From Gammaproteobacteria bacterium (GTDB lineage Bacteria > Pseudomonadota > Gammaproteobacteria > GCA-002705445 > GCA-002716945), in the NCBI GenBank assembly GCA_045561295.1, contig JBJKYD010000010.1, positions 1 to 64,000 on the forward strand: DNA of 64,000 bases. Reading direction: 5' to 3'. Shown one piece after another: positions 53,821-63,953 of this stretch. The notes beneath the pieces were generated by a model. That model saw only the letters and a list, made by a program, of their open reading frames with translations, had not been told where the DNA came from and ran no database searches. Made by a program: the position numbers and the translations under genes. How positions within the stretch are numbered: position 1 is the first letter of the stretch; each line of letters opens with the position of its first letter.

Positions 53821-56274
53821 ATGATTAAAAAGATATCATATTTTTACGAACACTATATTCTAGGCTACCCAGCTTTGGTTCTCTCACTACTATCAATTAT
53901 ACTTGCGTTCTCGATGAGTAACATAAATAATTTTAAGTTAGATGCATCTGCAGATACCCTAATACTTGATGATGACAAGGACCTAAAATTATTTAGAGAA
54001 ATAAATGATCGATATGAATCAAATGAATTTTTAATTTTAACAGTTACAGATAGAAATAAAGATATTTTTGCTAATGAGACTCTTGAATACATACATAACC
54101 TAACATTAGAAATCGAAGAGTTTGCAAGTGTTCAATCAGTGACAGCAATAACTAACATACCCCTTGTTAGTAGTTCGAAAAAACCTCTAACAGAATTAAT
54201 AAATAATATTCCAAATATTTTTAGTAAAGATATAGATCCTGAGCTTGCACAAGAAGAAATATTAACAAGCCCGATTTATAAAGACTTGGTGATTAGCCAA
54301 GATGCTAAGACGACAGCTATGCAAGTTACTCTTAAAAAAAATACTGAATTAAAAGAGGCGCTTATAAAAAGAGAATTATATTACAAAAAATATAAACAGG
54401 ATGCTTCTTTTGAGACTCAATATCTACTATCAAAGCAAGAATATAATAATATATCTGAAACTCAGAAAAAAAAGATTAGTAACCTCATTAAAGAAATTAG
54501 AAAAGTTCAAGAAAAATATACTAGCGATAGATATGAGATAAGGCTTGGCGGTATACCTATGATTACTGATGATATGGTTACTTTTATAAAAAATGATTTA
54601 ATAAATTTTGGTTTAGGAGTTCTGATATTTATTTTGGCTACATTGGTAATTATATTTAGAAAATTAATATGGGTAATGACGCCAGTAATTAATTGTATTT
54701 ATTCAGTTTTGTTTATGGTTGGTTTGCTGGGTTATCTAGACTGGAAAGTAACGGTGATATCATCAAATTTTATATCATTGATGCTGATTCTGACGCTATC
54801 AATGAATATACACATTATAGTAAGATATCGACAGATATATACCTCCTCAAATCAAGACAAAAAGCTTTCTATAACTCAAACTACTCAAAAAATGATATGG
54901 CCATGTCTATATACAGCTCTAACAACAATAGTTGCATTTGCATCTTTAATATTTAGCGATATTAAACCAGTCATGGATTTTGGCTATATGATGGTACTCG
55001 GGCTTACTACATTATTTTTGACATCATTTTTTCTTCTACCTTGTTTAATCATGATTTTTTCAAATAGAAAAAATTCTATAATCCATGAAAATAAAACAAA
55101 ATTATTTGTTACTGATTTTTTAGCTGGAGTTACTATCAATTCTGGTAAATCTATCTATGTTATATTTACACTAGTAACTCTAGTAACTGTATATGGCTTA
55201 AATCTACTAAAAGTTGAGAACAGCTTTATAAATTATTTTAGATCAGACACAGAAATATATAAAGGTATGCAGCTAATTGACAATGAACTTGGTGGAACAA
55301 CGCCAATGGACATAATTATCAAATTTGATGACGAAAAATTAACTTCTGAAAATGATGAGTTTGAAGATCTATTAGGCGATGAAGATGAGCCTGTAGAATC
55401 AAACTGGTTTACAACTGACAAAATTAATAAAATTAAATATGTTCATGATTATCTAGATAAAAATTATTATATAGGAAAAGTCTTATCTTTTGCGTCCTCA
55501 ATACGTGTTGCTGAAATTGTTAATGATGATAAGGAACTAAATAGTCTTGAAATGTCTCTGCTTTATAAAAAGTTGCCTGATGAAGTTAAAGATATTGCAG
55601 TGACCCCCTATCTATCTATAGATAATAACGAAGCTAGAATTAATATTAGGATTCTAGATTCAAATCCTGATTTGAGAAGAGCTGATCTTATAAATAAAAT
55701 TCAAAATGATTTGAATCAAGACCCATATCTTAAAACAGAAAAAATTACACTTACAGGGATTCTTCTTCTTTATAATAATATGTTACAAAGTTTATTTGAT
55801 TCTCAAATAAAATCTTTAGGTTTTGTGATGTTAATTATAGCTACTATGTTCCTCATTTTATTTAAATCTATTGCATTAATGGTTATAGGAATTGTGCCGA
55901 ATCTGCTTTCAGCATTATTAGTTTTGGGAATAATGGGTATTATGAAATTACCATTAGATATGATGACTATTACTATAGCAGCCATTACTGTAGGTATAGC
56001 CGTAGACAACAGTATTCATTACATTTATAGGTTTAAAGAGGAGTTAAAGACTTGTGGTGACTACGAACAAACAATTCTTATTTGCCACTCAACTATAGGA
56101 AAAGCAATTTTTTTCACAGGTATTACGGTTATATTTGGATTTTCTATACTAATACTATCTAATTTTATACCAACAATAATATTTGGGGTGTTGACTGGTT
56201 TTGCAATGCTTGTTGCGCTGATTGCTGTTCTAACGTTGCTGCCTAGAATGCTTATCTCGTTTAAGCCTATTTAA
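53821..56274 (+). CDS. MMPL/RND-family transporter
   Basis: Two repeats of TM, large periplasmic loop and five TMs; [25 protein letters not shown]; 817 aa. Confidence 0.88.
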   Translation: MIKKISYFYEHYILGYPALVLSLLSIILAFSMSNINNFKLDASADTLILDDDKDLKLFREINDRYESNEFLILTVTDRNKDIFANETLEYIHNLTLEIEEFASVQSVTAITNIPLVSSSKKPLTELINNIPNIFSKDIDPELAQEEILTSPIYKDLVISQDAKTTAMQVTLKKNTELKEALIKRELYYKKYKQDASFETQYLLSKQEYNNISETQKKKISNLIKEIRKVQEKYTSDRYEIRLGGIPMITDDMVTFIKNDLINFGLGVLIFILATLVIIFRKLIWVMTPVINCIYSVLFMVGLLGYLDWKVTVISSNFISLMLILTLSMNIHIIVRYRQIYTSSNQDKKLSITQTTQKMIWPCLYTALTTIVAFASLIFSDIKPVMDFGYMMVLGLTTLFLTSFFLLPCLIMIFSNRKNSIIHENKTKLFVTDFLAGVTINSGKSIYVIFTLVTLVTVYGLNLLKVENSFINYFRSDTEIYKGMQLIDNELGGTTPMDIIIKFDDEKLTSENDEFEDLLGDEDEPVESNWFTTDKINKIKYVHDYLDKNYYIGKVLSFASSIRVAEIVNDDKELNSLEMSLLYKKLPDEVKDIAVTPYLSIDNNEARINIRILDSNPDLRRADLINKIQNDLNQDPYLKTEKITLTGILLLYNNMLQSLFDSQIKSLGFVMLIIATMFLILFKSIALMVIGIVPNLLSALLVLGIMGIMKLPLDMMTITIAAITVGIAVDNSIHYIYRFKEELKTCGDYEQTILICHSTIGKAIFFTGITVIFGFSILILSNFIPTIIFGVLTGFAMLVALIAVLTLLPRMLISFKPI

Positions 56275-56281
56275 ATAGGAC

Positions 56282-56863
56282 CTATTGTCCTAGACTATTT
56301 ATAAGGGAGTCAATCCCATTTTTGTTCACATGCTCTCTAAAGTCTGCTCTGTAATTTTTCATTAAACTGATGCCTTCAAAGATAATATCGTAAACTCTCC
56401 AGCCATCCTTATTTTTGATTAATCGATAATCAACATCTATATTACCTGCTGCAATTAGATATTTTGATTTCACAAATGCAATTCTGTTTTTTTTTCCTGG
56501 AACAAAAGGTAAGAATTCTATTTTCTCACCATCAAATGCTGTAATTGATTTCATATATGTGCTCGTCATCCTATATTTAAATGCTTCTACAAAATCAGTT
56601 TTTTGTTGTGGGGTCATATCTGTCCAAATACCTTTACCAAGTATAATTTTGGACATAAGAATAATGTCAAGTTTAGGCATAACAACCAAGTTCATTTGGC
56701 TTCTTAAGAAATCTTCATCTTTCTCAAATCTATCTTTATGCTTAGAAACTAGCGCACTTACCTCCTGGACCGACTTTTTTAAGAAATCATCAGGTCTTTC
56801 CGTTGTATATCCGCTGGATGATATGAATATGAAAATTATGAAGAACGATATTTTTTTAATCAT
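56282..56863 (-). CDS. mlaC: MlaC/Ttg2D periplasmic lipid-binding protein (likely ATG 56863)
   Basis: Signal peptide, MSKIILGK-W, VDYRL, WRVYDIIFEGISL-NYR-F, GIDSLI. Confidence 0.9.
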   Translation of the reverse strand: MIKKISFFIIFIFISSSGYTTERPDDFLKKSVQEVSALVSKHKDRFEKDEDFLRSQMNLVVMPKLDIILMSKIILGKGIWTDMTPQQKTDFVEAFKYRMTSTYMKSITAFDGEKIEFLPFVPGKKNRIAFVKSKYLIAAGNIDVDYRLIKNKDGWRVYDIIFEGISLMKNYRADFREHVNKNGIDSLINSLGQ

Positions 56864-56891
56864 GTTACATATTTTAGTATATAATCTACTT

Positions 56892-57653
56892 ATGTCACCG
56901 ATTAAATTTAAAAATTTCTTTAGTGTATTAACCGTATCACTAGCTGTTATATTGTCATTTTCATTAGCTCTTAATGCCAAAAATGTATATTCATCAGATG
57001 ATGACCCACTTGAGCCAATAAATAGAGCAATCTTTGGTTTTAATGAAGTAATTGATGATGCAGTATTAGAGCCAGTTGCCAAAGGTTACCGAGCGATTAC
57101 TCCTGATCCAGTTGAAAAAAGTGTGTCGAACTTTTTCAATAATCTAGGAGAAATTAATAATATATTTAATAGCACATTACAGTTAAAGCTAGATAAAACA
57201 CTGTCTTCATCCGCGAGGTTTGTTATAAATTCTACTGTGGGTGTTTTTGGCTTGTTTGATATAGCTACAAGTCTAGGAATTGAGAGACATAGAGAGGATT
57301 TTGGACAAACACTTGGTCATTATGGTGTTCCAGCTGGCCCGTATCTTGTTTTACCTTTTTTTGGACCGAGTACTTTTAGAGATGCACCTGGATTCTATGC
57401 TGACATAGCAGTAGAGAAAAGTATCTCGCCAGTACATACAGAACTTCATCATGAAGAAAGGCAATTAATTCAAGCTACTAATGTTATAGACACCAGGGCA
57501 AACTTGTTACAAGCAACAAAAATCTTAGATACTGCAGCAAAAGATAAATATATATTTTTAAGGGAATCATATCTTCAAAAAAGAACAAAAATGATTGCGG
57601 ATGGCAAAAATGTCCAAGATTTTGAAATCGATGTTCTTGAAATTAACTACTAG
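56892..57653 (+). CDS. mlaA: MlaA/VacJ outer-membrane lipid asymmetry protein (likely ATG 56892)
   Basis: DPLEPINRAIFGFN, NFFNNL, RFVINST-G, EDFGQTLG, GPYLVLPFFGPST. Confidence 0.93.
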   Translation: MSPIKFKNFFSVLTVSLAVILSFSLALNAKNVYSSDDDPLEPINRAIFGFNEVIDDAVLEPVAKGYRAITPDPVEKSVSNFFNNLGEINNIFNSTLQLKLDKTLSSSARFVINSTVGVFGLFDIATSLGIERHREDFGQTLGHYGVPAGPYLVLPFFGPSTFRDAPGFYADIAVEKSISPVHTELHHEERQLIQATNVIDTRANLLQATKILDTAAKDKYIFLRESYLQKRTKMIADGKNVQDFEIDVLEINY

Positions 57654-57683
57654 TTCAACACTTAACATAATCTAATTATAAAT

Positions 57684-58610
57684 ATGATGATAGAATCCAT
57701 ATCTATCTTGTTAATAGGACTAGCACTATTATTAATAGGATCTAATCTTTTAGTCGCATCAACTGATAATGCTTCTAAGCGTTTTTCGATATCTGGCTTT
57801 TATGCAAGTTTCTTTATGATTGGTATAGCAACATCAGCACCTGAAATTTTTATATCAATCGAATCAGCTCTTCAAGATAAAACAATTTTAGCAATAGGAA
57901 ATGCCCTTGGTTCAAATATCTCAAACATAGCTTTAGTATTTTGTATTTCTCTTTTTTTTATTAAAGGAGATTTGATAAAAGAGAATCTTCCTATAAGGCC
58001 CTATGCGAGTATGATCATATTGACTATTTCAGCTTTCGTATTAATGTTTTTTGATGAACGTCTTGATATAAAAGACTCTTTAATATTGATTGTACTACTA
58101 ATATTATGCGTGAATTTTTTTCAACCTCCAGAGGACAAAAAGCCTGCTGATAACAAAGGGAGCGCTAGTTTATCAAATATAATTTTTTATCTATTACTAA
58201 GTTTAGCGATGTTAATATTTGGATCAACCTACTTCATAAATGGTGCAACTCAAATTGCAACAGCTCTAGGTGTAAGCGCATACGTAATTGGTCTTACGTT
58301 AGCCGCATTAGGGACAAGTTTACCTGAACTTGCTGCTAGTATTCAATCTGCAAGAAAAGGGAAATTTGATTTTATAATTGGAAATATTATTGGCTCAAAT
58401 CTCTTTAATATTGCAATAGCTATGTCGATTGCTGGGATAATCAGCTCTTCACATATAGAATCTGACGCTCTTGTAAGAGATATCATGATGCTTGGATTGT
58501 CAACATTAGTTCTCTACCTTATTATTCAATCAAATAGTATGTTTAGAACTGTATATTCAGTGGCATTAGTAATAACATACTTTTTATACTTAACGTTAAT
58601 TTTAAAATGA
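57684..58610 (+). CDS. Ca2+/Na+ antiporter family protein (YrbG-like)
   Basis: Alpha repeats ATSAPE/GNALGSN and GTSLPE/GNIIGSN; upstream of kdsD. Confidence 0.9.
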   Translation: MMIESISILLIGLALLLIGSNLLVASTDNASKRFSISGFYASFFMIGIATSAPEIFISIESALQDKTILAIGNALGSNISNIALVFCISLFFIKGDLIKENLPIRPYASMIILTISAFVLMFFDERLDIKDSLILIVLLILCVNFFQPPEDKKPADNKGSASLSNIIFYLLLSLAMLIFGSTYFINGATQIATALGVSAYVIGLTLAALGTSLPELAASIQSARKGKFDFIIGNIIGSNLFNIAIAMSIAGIISSSHIESDALVRDIMMLGLSTLVLYLIIQSNSMFRTVYSVALVITYFLYLTLILK

Positions 58611-59575
58611 TAATGAAAAATAAATCTAATATTAGCCTTGCAACAGAAATTATTAAAACTGAGATAACAGCCCTAACAAGGACTTTGAAAAGGATTGATT
58701 CAAGCTTTGATAGAGCATGTGAATTGATTAAAAAGAACTCAGGAAAAGTAGTTACAATAGGTCTTGGTAAGTCAGGATATATTGCTATGAAAATGGCTGC
58801 CACGTTAAGTAGTACTGGAACTCCGTCGATTTTTATACATGCTACAGAGGCTCTTCATGGTGACATGGGTGTTATAAATTCAAATGATATAATTATATTT
58901 TATTCCAATTCTGGAGATACTGAAGAAATAGTTAAGCTTGTGCCTTTGCTAAAAGTTCTCAAATGCAAAATAATTTCAATCACAGGTAATAAAAAATCAC
59001 AGCTAGCAAAATATTCAGATTTGGTTCTAGATGCCTCTGTTACCAAAGAAGCCTGTCCAAATAACCTAGCCCCAACATCGAGTGTTATGTGTGCACTAGC
59101 TATTTCTGATGCCTTAGCTCTGACAGTCTCATCAAAAAAGAATTTTACAATGAAAGATTTCGCCAAGACTCATCCAGAGGGTTCTCTTGGTAAAAGATTA
59201 TTAAAAAATGTTCAAGACATAATGATCAAGAAAAATATTCCTAAAATAAATATAGATGTAAGCTTCTCTGAGCTTATCAATATGACTACAGAATATAATT
59301 TAGGAATTGCTTTAATTATAAATAAAGAAAAAAAATTAGTAGGAGTAATAACTGATGGCGATATAAAAAGAATAATGAATGCTCATAAGAATATTGATGA
59401 GATTCTAGTCAAGAATGTAATGACAAGAAAGCCTTTACATGTAAGTAGTGATATCCTCGCAGCTGAAGCATTATCAGTTCTCGAGAAAAATAATATTAGC
59501 GTATTGCCTGTAATAGATAAATCGGCAATTAAAGGTATCATTACCATGCAAGATCTAATTAAATCTATTAACTAA
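58607..59575 (+). CDS. kdsD: Arabinose-5-phosphate isomerase (SIS plus CBS)
   Basis: GLGKSG, EALHGDMG, SNSG, EACPNNLAPTSS, HPEGSLG. Confidence 0.95.
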   Translation: MIMKNKSNISLATEIIKTEITALTRTLKRIDSSFDRACELIKKNSGKVVTIGLGKSGYIAMKMAATLSSTGTPSIFIHATEALHGDMGVINSNDIIIFYSNSGDTEEIVKLVPLLKVLKCKIISITGNKKSQLAKYSDLVLDASVTKEACPNNLAPTSSVMCALAISDALALTVSSKKNFTMKDFAKTHPEGSLGKRLLKNVQDIMIKKNIPKINIDVSFSELINMTTEYNLGIALIINKEKKLVGVITDGDIKRIMNAHKNIDEILVKNVMTRKPLHVSSDILAAEALSVLEKNNISVLPVIDKSAIKGIITMQDLIKSIN

Positions 59576-59576
59576 A

Positions 59577-60122
59577 ATGATTAACAAGTCAACATATATA
59601 AAATTAGCAGAGAAATTATACACAGATAAGCTTATTGATAAGGCTAGTAAGATAGAATTGCTAGCATTTGATGTAGATGGTGTTCTTACAGATGGCGGGT
59701 TATATTTTGATCATAATGGTAACGAGAGTAAGAGATTTTATGCACAAGATGGACATGGAATAAAAATATTACAATCAATTGATATTGATATAATGATTAT
59801 ATCTGGTCGTTATTCGAAATGTGTAAAAGAAAGAGGAGAAGAACTTGGCATCCAAAGAATTATTCAAGGTAGCAGGGATAAACTAAAATCATTTCATGAA
59901 CATAAAATAAATCTACCAAAAGAAAAGTTATGTTATGTTGGTGATGATACCGTTGACGTTGAACTTCTACAGTTTTGCGGGTTATCGGTAATTGTTCCAA
60001 ATGCTAATCCAATACTGAATCTATTAAATTTTGACTGGGTAACTCCTAGACGAGGAGGAAATGGGGCAATTAGAGATATCTGTGATTTAATATACTTTTC
60101 TAAAATAATTAATGCTCAGTAA
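59577..60122 (+). CDS. kdsC: KDO 8-phosphate phosphatase
   Basis: FDVDGVLTDG, DGHGI, YVGDD, GGNGAIRD. Confidence 0.94.
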   Translation: MINKSTYIKLAEKLYTDKLIDKASKIELLAFDVDGVLTDGGLYFDHNGNESKRFYAQDGHGIKILQSIDIDIMIISGRYSKCVKERGEELGIQRIIQGSRDKLKSFHEHKINLPKEKLCYVGDDTVDVELLQFCGLSVIVPNANPILNLLNFDWVTPRRGGNGAIRDICDLIYFSKIINAQ

Positions 60123-60780
60123 AATTAAAGTCCGGCTTATCTTCTTTATATATCTTCTTTCAAGTACAACTGTTTTTGGGAATTCGTCAGAAAGTAATAT
60201 TTTGATCAAAAATCAATTATATAATTTTTCTACGATAAAAAATAACAAAGATATGACAATTGATTGGGAACTTAAAGGAAGCATGTTGACAAAATACAGC
60301 AATAATATAACCCTAATTGAAAAACCATTTCTCAATATATATAAGACTACATCTACAGTTGATATAAAATCTGATACTGCCATAGATCCATCAGGTAATA
60401 TGGAAGAAATATATTTAAAAGATAATGTATTTATTAATAGAGAATATCTTCTAGATGATATTTCAATGAAGATGTATACATCTTATGCAATTTTCTATGT
60501 ATCAAAAAATTTATTTGAAACTGATCGTGATGTTACAATCATTACTTCTGATTCTACAACGACTGGTTCAGGTTTATCTGCTAACATGGATACTGGCATT
60601 ATCAGAATTTTAAGTAATGCTAAGAGAATAGTAAGAGATAATGATAAGTCTAGAACAATTGAAGGTAATCAAATGATTTATGATGCTAATAAAGAGAAAT
60701 GGACAGTCAAAGATGTAGCTGCAAATAATTTAAAAAAAATAATTACAAAAAAAGTTACTACAACATTTTACGTCAAATAA
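60112..60780 (+). CDS. lptC: LptC-family LPS export protein with an LptA-like C-terminal extension (apparent LptC-LptA chimera)
   Basis: Only gene between kdsC and lptB; residues ~30-168 follow the LptC jellyroll pattern (KPFLNIY, IYLKDNV, ETDRDVTI, GSGLSANM); tail IEGNQMIYD...KKVTTTF resembles the LptA C-terminus. Confidence 0.8.
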   Translation: MLSKIKVRLIFFIYLLSSTTVFGNSSESNILIKNQLYNFSTIKNNKDMTIDWELKGSMLTKYSNNITLIEKPFLNIYKTTSTVDIKSDTAIDPSGNMEEIYLKDNVFINREYLLDDISMKMYTSYAIFYVSKNLFETDRDVTIITSDSTTTGSGLSANMDTGIIRILSNAKRIVRDNDKSRTIEGNQMIYDANKEKWTVKDVAANNLKKIITKKVTTTFYVK

Positions 60781-60781
60781 T

Positions 60782-61507
60782 ATGTCTATTCTTAAATGCA
60801 ATAATCTTGAAAAGAATTATAACACAAAAAAAGTTGTTCAAGATATATCTATAGAGGTTGCTTCCGGAGAAATTATTGGTTTGCTTGGTCCTAATGGAGC
60901 TGGTAAGACAACAACTTTTTACATGATAGTAGGCCTTATAAAATCAGATTTAGGCTCTATAATAATTGATGATGTAGATATTACCTTGGTACCAATTCAT
61001 AAAAGATTTGAATATGGAATTAGTTATTTACCTCAAGAGCCTTCAATCTTCCGCAACATGACCGCACTTGATAATATTAAGGCAATATTAGAGACAGACA
61101 ATAAATTGAGTAAACAGAAAAAGAAAGATATCCTTGATGAACTAATTATTAGGTTTGATCTTAAAAATTTCTTAAATACCCAAGGTATGCAGCTTTCAGG
61201 TGGCGAAAGGAGAAGAGTTGAAATTGCAAGAGCATTAGCCTTAAGACCTAAGTTCCTACTTTTAGATGAGCCCTTTGCAGGAATTGATCCTCTTTCCGTA
61301 ATAGATATTCAGGAAATAATTAAAGAACTGTCGCTAGCTAATATAGGTATCTTAATCACAGATCATAACGTTAGAGAAACCTTAAAAATATGTGATAAAT
61401 CCTATGTAGTAAATACCGGACAAGTACTTGCTTCAGGTAAAACAAAAGATTTGATTAAAAATGAGACTGTCAAAAAGGTATATCTAGGTGAAAAATTTAA
61501 ACTATGA
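60782..61507 (+). CDS. lptB: LPS export ABC transporter ATPase
   Basis: GPNGAGKTT, YLPQEPSIF, LSGGERRR, LLDEPFAG, ITDHNVRET, VYLG. Confidence 0.97.
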   Translation: MSILKCNNLEKNYNTKKVVQDISIEVASGEIIGLLGPNGAGKTTTFYMIVGLIKSDLGSIIIDDVDITLVPIHKRFEYGISYLPQEPSIFRNMTALDNIKAILETDNKLSKQKKKDILDELIIRFDLKNFLNTQGMQLSGGERRRVEIARALALRPKFLLLDEPFAGIDPLSVIDIQEIIKELSLANIGILITDHNVRETLKICDKSYVVNTGQVLASGKTKDLIKNETVKKVYLGEKFKL

Positions 61508-62838
61508 ATAAATTAAAACAATCCATTCACCTAAAACAAAAAAAAATCTTGTCGCACCAGACAAGACAAGCCATTAACATTTTACAACTAAACTCTCTTG
61601 ACCTACACAAAGAAATAGAAAATATTATTCTTGAGAATCCTTTTCTTGAAAAAGAAGTAGATATGGAACCTAGTTATAACTTGGAACATTCTGTTCGATC
61701 TAATAATGCTGATATTGAAGATATATTAAGCTATCACTATGACTCAGATAATTTAAGAGAATATTTAAATAAACAACTTGATACATCCTCATTTTCTGAA
61801 GAAGAAAAAAAAGTAGCTTTAATAATAATTGATTGTGTAGATGATAACGGCTATCTAACTGAAGATTTAAGAGAGATATTCATAGAAGCTAATAGAATAA
61901 GTGAAGTATCTTTTCAAGATATATTCTATATACTTCATACTCTCCAAAGATTTGATCCTGTTGGTACCTGCGCTATTGACCTATGTGACTCGTTAAATAT
62001 TCAGCTAGATCATTACCATAAACAATCAGATTATTATGATAATGCAAAAGATATACTAGATACTCTTAAAGGTGTAGATATTAATGAAAAGTTGAATTTT
62101 GATAGAGTAATCAAATTAATAACTAATGATGAAATTTCTAATGAAAAAACTCTAGCTCTTTTAAAAAGACTTAATCCAAAACCTGGATTAATAATCTCTA
62201 AAAAACTTAATACTTATCATATCTATCCTGATGTAATAATCTTTAAAAGAAATAATCAGTGGATAGTTGAATCAACAAAGAACACTCCTGTTCTCACTAT
62301 GAATAGAGAATATATTTCACTGATGAAAGATAGTAAAATTAAGTCAGATAAGGATTATTTAGAAAAAAACTATAATCAAGCAAAATTTATTATTAAATCT
62401 ATCAGCAATAGAAATATAACCATACTTAATGTATGTAATGAGATATTTAAAAGGCAATCAAAATTTTTAAATGATGGTGATATTGGAATAGTACCAATGA
62501 CTTTAAAAGAAATATCTAATTCTTTAGATGTACATGAATCTACAGTATCAAGGGCCACCAACAATAAATATGTACAAACCCCAAGAGGAGTATATGAACT
62601 TAAGTATTTCTTTTCATCAGAATTAAGCACTAATACTGGTAAAATGGTATCTTCAAAAGCGATAATGAAAATGATTGATGAGATCATTAAAAATGAAGAC
62701 AAAATGAAGCCCTCAAGCGATAGCCAAATTTCAAAATACTTCGAAGATCAAGGAATTTCTGTTGCCAGAAGGACAGTGACGAAGTATAGAGAGAAATTAA
62801 ACATAGAAAAATCAACAGAAAGAAGAGTTAAGAATTGA
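61504..62838 (+). CDS. rpoN: RNA polymerase sigma-54 factor
   Basis: QAINILQL, ENPFLE, HESTVSR, ELKYFF, RpoN box ARRTVTKYRE. Confidence 0.96.
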   Translation: MNKLKQSIHLKQKKILSHQTRQAINILQLNSLDLHKEIENIILENPFLEKEVDMEPSYNLEHSVRSNNADIEDILSYHYDSDNLREYLNKQLDTSSFSEEEKKVALIIIDCVDDNGYLTEDLREIFIEANRISEVSFQDIFYILHTLQRFDPVGTCAIDLCDSLNIQLDHYHKQSDYYDNAKDILDTLKGVDINEKLNFDRVIKLITNDEISNEKTLALLKRLNPKPGLIISKKLNTYHIYPDVIIFKRNNQWIVESTKNTPVLTMNREYISLMKDSKIKSDKDYLEKNYNQAKFIIKSISNRNITILNVCNEIFKRQSKFLNDGDIGIVPMTLKEISNSLDVHESTVSRATNNKYVQTPRGVYELKYFFSSELSTNTGKMVSSKAIMKMIDEIIKNEDKMKPSSDSQISKYFEDQGISVARRTVTKYREKLNIEKSTERRVKN

Positions 62839-62839
62839 A

Positions 62840-63298
62840 ATGATAAACATTAAACTAGATGACTCTCAAATAAGCATAAATGATGATTGTAGAAGTAAAA
62901 AAAGTATATTAGAGAGATTGTCTTTATTATTAAGTAAGTCCTCTGGGATTAGTACTGACGAGATATTTGCTGGTTTATACGAAAGAGAAAAATTAGGATC
63001 TACATCAGTTGGCAATGGCGTAGCTATACCTCATGCAAGAATTAAAGGCATTAATCATCCATTTGTTTCAGTAATTATACTAGATAACCCAATTGACTTT
63101 GATAATATTGATAGCCTTGATGTAGATATTGTTGTTTGTTTAATTGTTCCTACTGAAGAGACAGAAAATCATCTTACTCTGTTGGCATGTTTAAGCGAGA
63201 TTCTTGATAAAATATCAAATAGGAAAAAACTGAGAAGCGCCAGAAATAGCGAAGAAATATTACATTGCTTGGAATCAACTGACTTGATATTTATATAG
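62840..63298 (+). CDS. ptsN: PTS EIIA(Ntr)
   Basis: REKLGSTSVGNGVAIPHAR with phospho-His; downstream of rpoN. Confidence 0.92.
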   Translation: MINIKLDDSQISINDDCRSKKSILERLSLLLSKSSGISTDEIFAGLYEREKLGSTSVGNGVAIPHARIKGINHPFVSVIILDNPIDFDNIDSLDVDIVVCLIVPTEETENHLTLLACLSEILDKISNRKKLRSARNSEEILHCLESTDLIFI

Positions 63299-63679
63299 AT
63301 GAACGTAGGTATATTAATAATTACCCATAGTGACATTGGCAAGCAAATGCTGCTTACTGCGACTTCTGTCTATGGAAATAATCCTTTTCGCGTTGAGTTG
63401 TTATCGGTTGATAATTATGACCAACCGAATGATGTAATCCAACTTGGTCAAAAATATGTCAATTTTTTAGATGAAGGAAAGGGAGTTTTGGTTTTAACAG
63501 ATATAATTGGAACTACTCCATCTAATATTGCTAAATCTATTAAACATCAGAAGATTAGAATTGTAGCAGGATTAAATTTATCAATGATTTTAAATGTTTT
63601 TAACTACCCTAAATATTCCCTTGAAAATCTTGCTGAAAAAGCAATTGAGGGAGGTATTGACGGTATCATGAATCTATAG
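63299..63679 (+). CDS. Stand-alone PTS EIIA, mannose/fructose family
   Basis: ILIITH, LTDIIGTTPSN, GLNLSM. Confidence 0.88.
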   Translation: MNVGILIITHSDIGKQMLLTATSVYGNNPFRVELLSVDNYDQPNDVIQLGQKYVNFLDEGKGVLVLTDIIGTTPSNIAKSIKHQKIRIVAGLNLSMILNVFNYPKYSLENLAEKAIEGGIDGIMNL

Positions 63680-63683
63680 AAAT

Positions 63684-63953
63684 ATGATTACTAAAGATTT
63701 ACATGTGTTAAACAAACTTGGACTTCATGCAAGAGCAGCTGCAAAATTGGTTTTCATAGCAAATAAATTCGTATCTGATATTACTCTTGTAAAAGATGAC
63801 AAACAGGCAGATGCTAGAAGTATTATGAAAATACTCATGCTGTCTGCTTCGAGAGACTCTATTATAAATATTACTGTTGAAGGTAACGATGAAATTCAAG
63901 CAATGAATTCTATAGAAAAACTATTTCAAAATAAATTTGATGAAGATTCATGA
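63684..63953 (+). CDS. ptsH: Phosphocarrier protein HPr/NPr
   Basis: NKLGLHARAA (His15) and DARSIM (Ser46). Confidence 0.92.
   Translation: MITKDLHVLNKLGLHARAAAKLVFIANKFVSDITLVKDDKQADARSIMKILMLSASRDSIINITVEGNDEIQAMNSIEKLFQNKFDEDS

Noticed and set aside
56559-57082. Long mutual overlap of the mlaC and mlaA ORFs
   Set aside because: Signal peptides start at 56863 and 56892, so the real genes do not overlap
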